Sequence record: MK250016.1
Strand: one strand, 5' to 3'
Length of the DNA: 32,000 nt
Origin: Prevotella phage Lak-A1
Both the position numbers and the translations under genes were made by a program. Below the pieces are notes generated by a model. It was given only the letters and a program-made list of their open reading frames with translations. It made no database searches and was not told where the DNA came from. Below, piece after piece: positions 12,581-22,900 of this stretch (within the stretch, counting starts at the first letter, position 1; each line of letters begins with the position of its first letter).

Positions 12581-14713
12581 TTAGTTTCCACCGAATAATT
12601 TATCAAGTTCTTCCTGCGACATTGCATCTACTGCATCATCACCGTTTGTTGATGGTTCATCATCTTTATTCTCGTCATCTGACTTATCATCATCTGAATC
12701 ACTTGAATCATCAGAATCATCAGAACTATCTGAATCATCAACAATCTGACCACCAATCATTTCTTCAAATTCTTCTTTAGAAATACCATATTCATTATTT
12801 AAAACATCTGCAAGATCATTTACATAATCAGTATTTGTTAAAATAACTTTAATAGGTTTATCTTCACTGTCAGAAGAATCATCTGAATTATCATCTGAAC
12901 TTGCATCTGAATCTTCACCATCTGTTGCATTATCATCTGTAGAATCATCTGTAGAATCATCTGCTGTATCACTTTCAGAATCATCATCTTCTAACAATTT
13001 CTTAAACTTATTATAATGTAAAGACTCATTAGGTGTTTCATCTGCAGTATCATCAGTATCTGTATTTTCATCTGAGTTTTCATCTGCTTCTGAATCTGTA
13101 TCATCAGAATCTTCACTGTCATCTGTTTCATCATCATCTTCAAATTCAATAGCATCATCTGGAACACCAGCATCTACAAGTGATTGTTTAAGTTCATCTG
13201 CAGCATCTTGATTTGCAACTGTAATTACAACGCGTGATAATTCTACTTCTTCATCATTATCGGGTGTTTCATCTGTATCGTCACCTGATTCAGTATCTGC
13301 ATTATCGTCTGAAGCATCTGCATTATCATCTTTACTATCTCCATCAGTAGGATCTACTGACAATGGTTCCAATGGATTTTCTTCATCTTCATTAATTGCT
13401 TTAGACTTATTCAACTTTTTGAAAGTCAAACGATATGTAAGTTCTTCATCAAGAATTAACATTAAACGCTCTTTATTTTCAATAGCTGTACGAAGTTCTC
13501 TCTTTGTTGATTTTGTAGCAGATTCATTCAATGACTTATATGATTTCATAAGATTTGTATGCTGTTTCTTAACAGTATTTAACAATTCAAGAAGTTCTTT
13601 AGCTGAATATTCTGTAATATTCTTACCATTGATTGTTTTCTTAGAATATAATGTTTTCTTACCAGATTTCATAGCTTCACAAATCATATTGAACTTCTCT
13701 GCACCAAGTGATTCCTTTAACTACATAATCTCTTTTTTCTTCATGATAAGTTTCATCTTCTTATCATTACGTGGTTCTGTCTTTGCTTTATTAATTGCAT
13801 TACTAATAATAGATTCATTAAGATATGGTTTCTTAGCAGAACGAACAATATCTCTTGTTGTCAAACCAGCTTTACGCATTTTTAATGCTTCAGAAAGGTT
13901 AACAAGTTTTTTACCTTTCTTTGGTGGACAACATCCCTTTTTCTTTTCAAGAAGTCTTCTTCTGTTTCTGAGTTTACGATTATTTAATGATTCATAGCAT
14001 TCAAATTCGCTGTCTTCCATACATTCATCAAATTCATCATCTGCATCGTCATCTGAATCATTTAATGCATCATCATCAGCAAATTCCTCATCAGCATCTT
14101 CATATGTTTCATCATAAATACCATCATCTTCCATATCTGCATATGCAGCATCTTTTGCATCTAATGCATCTGGATCATCTGGATCAACTTCATCATAATC
14201 AGGAATCATATCATCATAGTCATCATCCTCTGTATCAATCCATTCACCTTCATCATCAAGACCATAATCTTCATCCATATCAATATAATCATCACCATAT
14301 TCATCCTTCATATCTTCGATGGCACAATCTCTTGCATCATCATCACATGATTCATCAATATAATCATCACCATATTCGTCTCTCATATCATCTTCAGCTG
14401 CAGCACGAGCATCATCATCTGATTCAACGTCATCAAGTTCATCATCTGCATCGTCATATACAAAGAAATTATCAACGTCATCAATATAATAATCATTTTC
14501 AAATATGTCGATAATATCATCTTGTGTAAGACCATCAATTACCATATAAACAGTACCATCAGACTCTTCCTTAGTAATTGTTGCATCTGTTGTATCTTCT
14601 ATCTATGAAGCGATTTTATCCATCTAACCATTAAGTTCAGGATTTTCGTTTACAAGTCGTACAACATCAATCTTTACAGGAAATGTAAGACTTTCATTAA
14701 GTTTTCTTTTCAT
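12581..14713 (-). CDS. Extremely acidic Asp/Ser/Glu-rich protein (~710 aa) with internal LxE|S sites; candidate prohead scaffold or internal head protein
   Basis: Track ORFs 12581..13687 and 13721..14545 are the same frame joined by a TAG (...MKKKEIM-TAG-LKESLGAEKF...); further upstream TAGs lead to ATG at 14713 (MKRKLNESLTFPVK...). Confidence 0.8.
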
Positions 14714-14774
14714 ATTATTATAAATAGAATTATTTTCTTTTTTATTATTTATCTTTTTGAAAAAACACTATAAA

Positions 14775-15398
14775 TTAACTTAAATCGATTAATTTTTCAT
14801 AATATTTTTTCAATATTTTTTCATCCAGTATATTATTACTTAACATATTTATATATGCTGTCTCAAACATATCATAATTATGATTATATATATCATTTCT
14901 TATAATAGTAGATGAAACACATTCATTATTATATTCATCATTTCTATTAATATAATGTACAGGTTCAATATTAGCATTTATATATATGGTTTTTACACCT
15001 TTAGTTGAATCATAATATTTTCCGTTTACTGAATATAATTGAACAAATTCATCTTTTCGTTTAATGTCATTACCTTTATTTGATGTAACTAAACAGAATT
15101 TCTCATCATTAATTGAACTTCCAACATCATTATAACATTTACATATAGGTGCAGGATATTCTGATATACCAACATTAATATTTACATTATATAGTTCACT
15201 TAACTTATCTTTAATATTATTTAAAAACCATAATGAACTATCTGCCGTAATATTATCTCTATTTTTAGATGATATATAAATACGTACTTCATCAATATGA
15301 ACATTATCGATATTGAATATGTGTGATTTCAATATCGATAAATGTCCATCATGAAATGGTTTAAAACCACCAGGGAATAATAATATATTTTTACTCAT
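14775..15398 (-). CDS. Cytidylyltransferase/nucleotidyltransferase-like (HIGH superfamily) protein
   Basis: N-terminal LLFPGGFKPFHDGHLSIL matches the GGFxPxHxGH nucleotide-binding signature; TAA stop. Confidence 0.85.
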   Translation of the reverse strand: MSKNILLFPGGFKPFHDGHLSILKSHIFNIDNVHIDEVRIYISSKNRDNITADSSLWFLNNIKDKLSELYNVNINVGISEYPAPICKCYNDVGSSINDEKFCLVTSNKGNDIKRKDEFVQLYSVNGKYYDSTKGVKTIYINANIEPVHYINRNDEYNNECVSSTIIRNDIYNHNYDMFETAYINMLSNNILDEKILKKYYEKLIDLS

Positions 15399-15411
15399 TT
15401 ATTTCTTATTT

Positions 15412-17967
15412 TTAAACTGACTTAATTCCAAATTTAGATGTATCAATACCTATTAAATTTTTAAGTGAAATACCTCCGAGTGTTTGCATTTCATGGAATG
15501 TTTTTAATATAAATTTAACATCTGGGTTAAATACAACAAATACAATGTCTTTTCTTATTTTTGAAGGTATCTGTTTTAATTGTTCCCAACCAGAATCTTC
15601 ACCATCTGTAAATACCATAATAGTTGTATGTTTTTCACCATTATCATAATAATATGGTTTCTTAAGCTTAGTAACACTTATAGTATTTCCTGGAATATCT
15701 GTACCTCCAGAACCACCTCGTTCTCCAAGAAGTTCAAGACGTTTTGAAATAGGTGTTTTAATATTCCACATTTCAACATCTTCAGGATGTATAGCACCTG
15801 TTGTAAAATAAGCTCTAGCAGAATTTAATACTTTACATTGTTTTTCTAATGTTACAATTTCTTTAAATATCTGATAGAATATACCATTACCATTACTATA
15901 CATAGAACCTGAATTATCAATAAGATAAAATATATTTGCTGCATTATTCTCAGCAAATGGAACTTTTTTATATGGGTTGTATCTATCATCACGCCATGAT
16001 TGTGACATTGTACGTTTTGAACGTTTCATCTGTGTTCCTGCTTCCATCGCAGCTGTAAAATGTTTCTTCATCTTCTGCTTCCAATTAGCAAGAGATTCCA
16101 TATTTTTTAACTTATCTGCAATATCATTAAGTTTATTTGCAAGATCTGGTGAAACTTGATTTAATCTTTCTTTATTTTCTTCATTATATCTTCTAGATAT
16201 TTCTACAGGATCACATGTTAATTCTTCTGCAGTATAAGGATCACCTGATTCTTTTGCAATTTCAGCCATTTGCTCTTGTGATAACATATCAGCACCACCA
16301 AATGTAGAAGATGTTGTTGTATCAAATTCCTTACCTTCAAGTTGTTCTTGAAGTTTATCTTCATCTGGTACAGAATTCATATCTTTATCGATTTGTGATT
16401 TCATCTTATCAATTGCTTTCTTAACATCTTTACGTGCTTGTTCACGTGCTGCTTTTTCTGTAGGAGACATTTGACCAGAATTTCTACCAGTTTTTGAATT
16501 TCCCATAGAACCTTGAGATGATTGGCTCATTTCACCGCTTTGACCAGATTGTCTATCTTGTGAATCACCAGAATCATTTCCAGATTGTCCTTGATTATCA
16601 CCATCATCATTTCCTAAATTTCCATATTCATCTGAATTTTCAGAATCATTATTACCAGATTGTGAATCATTTCCAGATTGAGAATCATCATCACCTTGTT
16701 CATCAGAATCTGTTCCTGAACCTTTACCCATAGCTTTATCTAATTCTTTCTGTATCTCATCATTATATGCATCTTGATACTCAGAAGATTTATCACTATT
16801 ATCTGGCATATCATCCATACCATAATCACTCATAGTATCTGGATCTGCTGCACTTAAATCTGTATCATCATATGAACCACTTCCTTGACCTTGTTGCCCA
16901 TCAGATTGATTATTTTGATTACCTGATTGATTCTGTGATCCTTGATTTCCAGATTGTTGTTGAGATGAATCACTCTGCTGACCTTGTGAACCACCTTGAC
17001 TTTGTGATTGGCTATTATCACCTTGCTGACCACTCTGACCTTGTTGCTGACTTTGTGAAGACTGACTATCACCAGATTGTCCTTGTTGTCCAGATTGCTG
17101 TTGAGAATTATTTACCGGATTTTGATTAATTGGTTGTTGTGGTGTAGAAACTTTATTATAGAAATAAGCATCAAAAATAATTTGCCATGGTTCCATTCTA
17201 AATCTATCATCAAAAATTCCATCACATTCTTCTGTTGCTCCAGCAAAATATTTTGGAATTTGTTTTTCAAGATCTCGATTTATCTCAGCATCCATTGCAA
17301 TATTTGCTAATTGATGATTCTTTCCACCTTGTGTTTCTGTTTTTCTTTCTGCTTGTTCTCTGTGTCTATATATCTGATGATATGCTTCATGACAAATAAC
17401 ATAAAGAACTAATCTAGCCATTGTAATAACTCTATCAGATTGAGACATACGTTTACCTTGAGACATTAATTCCTTTACTTGTCCTTTCCCTTTATATAAA
17501 AGTTGTTCAGCAAATACAGGATTAAATGCTATACGTACTCCATCTGATGCAGCTGTATCAATATTAAATGACCACAAAATAGGTTTATTAAATCGACCTA
17601 AAATTGGTCCTAATTCTCTGGTTGATGCAGCTTGAGTTTTTGCCATTTCACAGAAAGATGCAATTTCAGCAGGAATAATTTCTTCTTCTGTTTGTTCTCC
17701 TGTTATCGCGTCAGTAATCTTCACTTTAACTGGCACACGCATTTTAGATACAGGAATAGAATATCCCATATCTTTCATTGTAGCACCTTTATATAACTTT
17801 CGCAAATCTAAGCTTTTCTGTTTCATAAGTCTTCCCCATAAACCAGCTAATTCACGTTGGTTCTCTTCAGCAGACTTCATTTTAACACCCATTGTATTCT
17901 GTACGGTGTTTTTAGAATAAGCTTCGTATACTCGAGTTTTATTAGTTTTTAACTTTACCTTTACCAT
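15412..17967 (-). CDS. DUF2201-like putative metallopeptidase fused to von Willebrand factor A domain, with long Q/S/G/N-rich linker
   Basis: HExxH motif in YVICHEAYHQIYRHR; C-terminal VWA MIDAS-like 'FYLIDNSGSMYS', 'GGSGGTDI', 'MVFTDGEDSGW'; 851-aa uninterrupted ORF. Confidence 0.85.
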   Translation of the reverse strand: MVKVKLKTNKTRVYEAYSKNTVQNTMGVKMKSAEENQRELAGLWGRLMKQKSLDLRKLYKGATMKDMGYSIPVSKMRVPVKVKITDAITGEQTEEEIIPAEIASFCEMAKTQAASTRELGPILGRFNKPILWSFNIDTAASDGVRIAFNPVFAEQLLYKGKGQVKELMSQGKRMSQSDRVITMARLVLYVICHEAYHQIYRHREQAERKTETQGGKNHQLANIAMDAEINRDLEKQIPKYFAGATEECDGIFDDRFRMEPWQIIFDAYFYNKVSTPQQPINQNPVNNSQQQSGQQGQSGDSQSSQSQQQGQSGQQGDNSQSQSQGGSQGQQSDSSQQQSGNQGSQNQSGNQNNQSDGQQGQGSGSYDDTDLSAADPDTMSDYGMDDMPDNSDKSSEYQDAYNDEIQKELDKAMGKGSGTDSDEQGDDDSQSGNDSQSGNNDSENSDEYGNLGNDDGDNQGQSGNDSGDSQDRQSGQSGEMSQSSQGSMGNSKTGRNSGQMSPTEKAAREQARKDVKKAIDKMKSQIDKDMNSVPDEDKLQEQLEGKEFDTTTSSTFGGADMLSQEQMAEIAKESGDPYTAEELTCDPVEISRRYNEENKERLNQVSPDLANKLNDIADKLKNMESLANWKQKMKKHFTAAMEAGTQMKRSKRTMSQSWRDDRYNPYKKVPFAENNAANIFYLIDNSGSMYSNGNGIFYQIFKEIVTLEKQCKVLNSARAYFTTGAIHPEDVEMWNIKTPISKRLELLGERGGSGGTDIPGNTISVTKLKKPYYYDNGEKHTTIMVFTDGEDSGWEQLKQIPSKIRKDIVFVVFNPDVKFILKTFHEMQTLGGISLKNLIGIDTSKFGIKSV

Positions 17968-18011
17968 TATGTTAGAAGTAAAAAAATCTTTTTAATATTT
18001 ATTAAAATAAA

Positions 18012-18048
18012 AAGAGTGAACATAATTCAAATAATTATATTCACTCTT
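18012..18048. terminator. Hairpin terminator candidate (AAGAGTGAA ... TTCACTCTT)
   Basis: 9-bp inverted repeat with A/T flanks between the MoxR-like and VWA genes. Confidence 0.55.
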
Positions 18049-18074
18049 AATATATATTGTTTATTTAATGTTTA

Positions 18075-20861
18075 TTATTTTTTCGCTCTACTCTTAACTG
18101 CATTACGTGTTTGATTGAAATCAAACTTCTCTGAACGTGCAAGAATATTTAATGCAGGTAAAATAGGAACTTTAGATTCTTCAATCTGATGAACATGTGC
18201 AATCTATTGAAGACTTGGATCTTTCTTTGTACGAGCAGCTTCATATGCAGTAAGGGTCTTTCTAACTGCAACCGTATTATAGAATTCTTTACGTAAATCT
18301 GAATCAATATTATTACACTTTTCAAATAATGAAGTTCTCATATTATGTGCGATAGAACCAATTTCAGTTTGAATTGAAATCTTAGCAATCCATGATGCAA
18401 AGTGTGCATATAATTGAGCAACACGTGAATTAAGTAATGAATTTACTTTATTACGTAATGTATCAATATCTTGTAATTCTGCATCATCAAATAATAAGTT
18501 ATGTGTCTTACCATTAATATTAAATGAATATTCTTTAATAAGTTTCTATGCAGCAGATGAAACCTGACTGTCTGATAATGGTTTAGCATTTTCTAATGTT
18601 TCTATATCATTCTTTATATCTTCCTCAAGATCTCCAGGATATGCAGCTAATACCTATAATGGTAATTCTTTTGCAATACTAGAAATACACTTCCATTTAG
18701 AGAATTCTGATGTTGCATACATATCAACTGATAATGGTTTCTTATCATCATCATCCTAATATTCAGAAGGCATACTACCAGTTTCCCAAATAGTTGTCAT
18801 TACCTATGGAGTAAAGATCTTTGAATATTCATTATATGAACGCCATGCCTTCATAACAGGACCTGTAGCAGTTGCACCATTTGTACCAGTATCATCACCA
18901 ATTTTATCACGCATATTATCTGTAAAATATGTCATAAAAATATTATAACGTCCGCGTATACCAATTGAACTATTACCAGTTGGATCCAATTCATCAAGAC
19001 CACCATGTTCATCAACCCACCAGTCCCAATAATCATCATCAAGTTCATTTAATGCATCAATTAAAACATTTGGAAGAATTCCACCATAATATTCTTTATA
19101 TGTATTTCCTTCATCATCTGTTTTTTCTTCTACAGAAGAATCAATTAATTTCTAATAATATTCTTTTCCAGAAATACCATCAGGATTCTCTTCAAACAAA
19201 TCAATTAAAGCATCTTTATAGAATGGTCCAATTGTATTTGCCCATGTACGAGGAGTAACCATACGTTTTGTACGTAAAATAATTTCCTGATTAAGAACAT
19301 CACTAATCTTAGATAAAGAATCATTCTGATCTTCATGTGCTCTCTTATCTGCCTCTGGATTATCAAGCATATCATCATATCCACCATTTACAATAGTAGA
19401 ATACCATACATAATCATCTGAAGCTTCAATAAAATCTGTAATAAATGGTGGTACATTAGCTTCATGTGTCAAAGGATCAACTTCACGTGCCCATTCAATC
19501 CATTCAGTCTTTGAAGGAACATATGTATAATGTGTAAAACGGTTTGTTTGTGCAGCAGTAGGGAAATATCTTCTATCTTCTGATTCTGCTTCATTCTCAT
19601 CAATAGAACGGTTAGATGCAAGAACAAAACCCCATTTAGATGCAACAACATAATTATCACCAAATTTATGATCATTAACAATACCCATGATAATATTTTG
19701 AACATTAGGTTCAACACGTGAATACTCATCCATAAATACAACACCACCTTCAAAAGGATGTCCATTAGCAGATGTAATTTCTCCTGTATTATCAGTTGAA
19801 AGGAATCTACATGTATTACAAAAATAATCACGTTTCTTATTCTCTTCTGGATCTGATGTATTAAGATATACTGGTAACCAAGTCTTAGGTGTATCTGTAA
19901 ATCCTTCACGTGTATACATTTGTGATTTCTTTTTTGCTGAACCAGAATCAAGACCCCATCCAATTTCACGGGTAGCATCACGAGGTAATGTCCAGTTTTC
20001 TATTGTATAACCAGCAAGCATAATAACTTCAAGATTCAAGTTAATTGCTTTATATTTAGCATTAGCCATATCTTTAATAGTTTGCTTAATGATTGCAGTT
20101 TTACCAATACCAGGAGCACCCCATATAAGGAACGGAACAACATCAGAGTGTCCACCGAGAGGACCAGAAATTTGTTCACGAATATTAGTCTTAAGTTTAG
20201 AAATTAATTGCTTAGAATTAATAGCAACACCAAAATGACTGAATCCATTACCATCTTTAACTGCATCATATGAATATACAGCTTCATTTAATGCTTTATA
20301 TAATTTTGTTGGTTTATAATATGTTTCATTAACATATTTAATAGATTCAGAAATAGTTTCATCTGTTGTTCCTGCACGTTTAATAACACGACTCCAGAAA
20401 TTAACAATATCTCTACGGTCTTTTGCTATACCTTCTGCAAATGCCTAATCAATAGTCATACCACCAGTACCTGCAGTTTTCTTTAATGATGCAGATGGTG
20501 CAAAATAAACACCCTTTGGTAACATACCTTTTGATGCTTTAATTGCTAGGTTACCGACATTATTTAATGACCATGAAACAACCTAATTAGCTGCATCATC
20601 AACAAGTGCAATAAAACCTCTTACTTTATCAGTAATATATGAAGCAACTTTCTTTCCGTATTCTTTAATCTTATCAATAAATCCTTCATTAATCAAAATC
20701 TTATTCAATGGTATATTATTTTCGACATAATTATCATCGAAACGCATTGAACATGTATCATTTGATTCATTAATTGATAAAAGAATACCATTAATCTTAT
20801 ACTATGTACCTTTAACACTATGTACAAGAGTTGCTGGTATATTCAATCTAGTTTTTACCAT
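18075..20861 (-). CDS. MoxR-type AAA+ ATPase (~928 aa)
   Basis: Walker A 'LIWGAPGIGKTAIIKQ', Walker B-like 'GGVVFMDEYSR', sensor 'FVLASNR'. Track fragments 19152..20069 and 18804..18989 are the same frame joined by TAG. ATG 20861, TAA 18075..18077. Confidence 0.88.
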
Positions 20862-20946
20862 ATTTAAAAATCAAAAAAATTATTTTTTATATTTATCTTA
20901 TGAAAATATATAGTATTATTCAGTTAAATTATTTATTAATAAAAAT

Positions 20947-20984
20947 AAAAAGGTAAACTATGATTCAACATAATTTACCTTTTT
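20947..20984. terminator. Hairpin terminator candidate (AAAAAGGTAAA ... TTTACCTTTTT)
   Basis: 11-bp perfect inverted repeat immediately downstream of the 20987..21418 minus-strand gene. Confidence 0.65.
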
Positions 20985-20986
20985 AA

Positions 20987-21418
20987 TTAAACTTTCTTAA
21001 TATTTTTATGTTTTGAAAGTCCTATATTATCTAAATATTTATATAATTCTTTCACTGAATCTCTATGAATTATCTCTAATTCATCGTTAATAAGTGTTAT
21101 TTCTATACGTGGTTTTTCATATAAAATATTATCTTCAATAATATAATTATTTGCTATATTATCTTCGATATATTCTTTCATATACAATTCATTTAATTTT
21201 GTCCTTGTTATTTTACCAGAAAATAACTGTTCAAATATATCATCTTTATAATATACACATTCAATTTCTACTTTAAATCCATTAAATTTTAATCGTCGTC
21301 TCTTAACAGTACCTTTACGATGAATTAATGTACATACAAAACTTTCATTAAGAACATCTTTCTTATCAAATATTTTAATAGAAATAACCTTATCTACGTT
21401 TATATATTTGTCTATCAT
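20987..21418 (-). CDS. Hypothetical protein (143 aa)
   Basis: Intact ATG-initiated ORF; its start is directly adjacent to the stop of the LemA-like ORF. Confidence 0.75.
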   Translation of the reverse strand: MIDKYINVDKVISIKIFDKKDVLNESFVCTLIHRKGTVKRRRLKFNGFKVEIECVYYKDDIFEQLFSGKITRTKLNELYMKEYIEDNIANNYIIEDNILYEKPRIEITLINDELEIIHRDSVKELYKYLDNIGLSKHKNIKKV

Positions 21419-21958
21419 TTACTTTTTAAATACATCAATATCATCATCCAAACCTGTACTCATTACTGTCTTTGAACGACCTGAAGAAACTATTGTATAC
21501 TCAATATCTGCGGTATTACTAATAAACCACTTTCCTGGATAACGTGCACACAAATCTCTATGCTCTCTTACAATATCTAACATTCGTTCCTGATTCTTCT
21601 GAAACTCTGTTCGCAATACCTCTACACTTTGCATAATATTCTTATAAAGACTTGCATCAAACTGAGGATTTGCTTCAGTAATCCACTTCATCAATGAACC
21701 ATCATTTGCATCATAACGTTCACTCATGATATGTGTGTAAATCTTGTCAAAATCAGATGCATACTTATCACTGATTTGCGCCTGCTGGGCAATAACTTTC
21801 CACATCTTATCATGACAACCTTCAATCTTTCCACGCTGTGCTTCAGCTTCATTTCTCAATGAAATTTCCTGGTTATTATATGTAAAATACATAGATACAC
21901 CAGAGATTACAAAAATACCGATAATTACGGCAATAATAACAATTACAATCTTCTTCAT
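21419..21958 (-). CDS. LemA family-like membrane-anchored protein
   Basis: N-terminal TM helix MKKIVIVIIAVIIGIFVISGVSMYFTYNN followed by 'QEISLRNEAEAQRGKIEGCHDKMWKVIAQQAQIS', LemA-like layout. Confidence 0.8.
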   Translation of the reverse strand: MKKIVIVIIAVIIGIFVISGVSMYFTYNNQEISLRNEAEAQRGKIEGCHDKMWKVIAQQAQISDKYASDFDKIYTHIMSERYDANDGSLMKWITEANPQFDASLYKNIMQSVEVLRTEFQKNQERMLDIVREHRDLCARYPGKWFISNTADIEYTIVSSGRSKTVMSTGLDDDIDVFKK

Positions 21959-21976
21959 AAATTATTTAATAAATTA

Positions 21977-22135
21977 TTATTTAGTATTATTTTTATTTAA
22001 TTCATAAACAACAAAATGATGATATTCATCCATTGCTTTTTTTAATTGTGATGCATCAGTAGACAAATACTGAGCAGCAACATACATATTATCTGCTAAT
22101 TTTTTTAATTTTTCAAATTTCTCATTTATATTCAT
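21977..22135 (-). CDS. Small hypothetical protein (52 aa)
   Basis: MNINEKFEKLKKLADNMYVAAQYLSTDASQLKKAMDEYHHFVVYELNKNNTK; fits between neighbours. Confidence 0.55.
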   Translation of the reverse strand: MNINEKFEKLKKLADNMYVAAQYLSTDASQLKKAMDEYHHFVVYELNKNNTK

Positions 22136-22145
22136 AAAAATAAAA

Positions 22146-22370
22146 TTACATTACTTTTCTATAATATACATTTCCTTCTTCCTCAAACATTTCAATCTGA
22201 GAAACCTCATAATCTGTATATTCATTTCCGTTAGAAAAGTCTGTTAATTTTCCATCTGTAGATTTAATATGTCCAGAAATAGTATTATCTCCACATGGAT
22301 GAATTTCATATACACCATTTGTATTCTTTACTTCTGTAATAGTTCTTACAATATCACCAATCATTACCAT
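22146..22370 (-). CDS. Small hypothetical protein (74 aa)
   Basis: Intact ORF in a tightly packed minus-strand gene string. Confidence 0.65.
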   Translation of the reverse strand: MVMIGDIVRTITEVKNTNGVYEIHPCGDNTISGHIKSTDGKLTDFSNGNEYTDYEVSQIEMFEEEGNVYYRKVM

Positions 22371-22399
22371 ATTAATATTTTTTATTTAATTAAACATTA

Positions 22400-22777
22400 T
22401 TAAAGTTTCTCTACCAATGTATCAAGATTATCTATAGTAATTCCTTGAACATCGAATTCTATTTTATTATCATTAATATTTTTTACAGTTAATACACTAT
22501 AATCATAATAAATCTTATCACCTACTGTAAGTTCAGAAGCTTTAACCATTTTAGATTCACCATAATTATGAGTTTCTCTACGGAATTCATCCATACCTTC
22601 AATTGTAATTGGACAAATAGCTTCATAATGTTCTAATATCCATTCTTTACTACAATTGCCAGATACAAATTCAGGAGCACCATAGCCTTTTGGCAATCCT
22701 AAATAGTCCTTTACTTTAGACATATTATCTACATATTCTGATGCCTTATGCCACTTTATATTATTATTTGTATTCAT
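22400..22777 (-). CDS. Hypothetical protein (125 aa)
   Basis: Intact ORF, no recognised domain. Confidence 0.7.
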   Translation of the reverse strand: MNTNNNIKWHKASEYVDNMSKVKDYLGLPKGYGAPEFVSGNCSKEWILEHYEAICPITIEGMDEFRRETHNYGESKMVKASELTVGDKIYYDYSVLTVKNINDNKIEFDVQGITIDNLDTLVEKL

Positions 22778-22846
22778 AATCTTTATTTTTTAATTGTTTA
22801 TTATTTCATTAACAATACAAAGATACACATTTTATTTCAAATAAAA

Positions 22847-22876
22847 AAATCTTGGATAAAAAAATATCCAAGATTT
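22847..22876. terminator. Hairpin terminator candidate downstream of clpX
   Basis: AAATCTTGGATA-aaaaaa-TATCCAAGATTT, 12-bp stem directly after the clpX stop side. Confidence 0.65.
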
Positions 22877-22900
22877 AAAATGATAATTTAAAAATAATAA

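Noticed and set aside
13419-13997. Plus-strand 192-aa ORF
   Set aside because: Fully antisense to the well-supported minus-strand acidic protein gene; no domain signature.
13987-14514. Plus-strand ORF full of His/Gln (MIHSIQIRCLPYIHQIHHLHRHL...)
   Set aside because: Antisense shadow of the Asp/Glu-rich (GAT/GAA) minus-strand gene; composition explained by 'atcatcatc' repeats.
16518-17310. Plus-strand and alternate-frame ORFs (16518..16733, 16854..17072, 16872..17129, 17077..17310)
   Set aside because: Shadows of the low-complexity Q/S/G/N linker inside the VWA gene.
19205-19981. Alternate-frame minus ORFs (19205..19387, 19469..19981) and plus ORF 18965..19258
   Set aside because: Overlap the MoxR-type ATPase reading frame that has recognisable Walker motifs.
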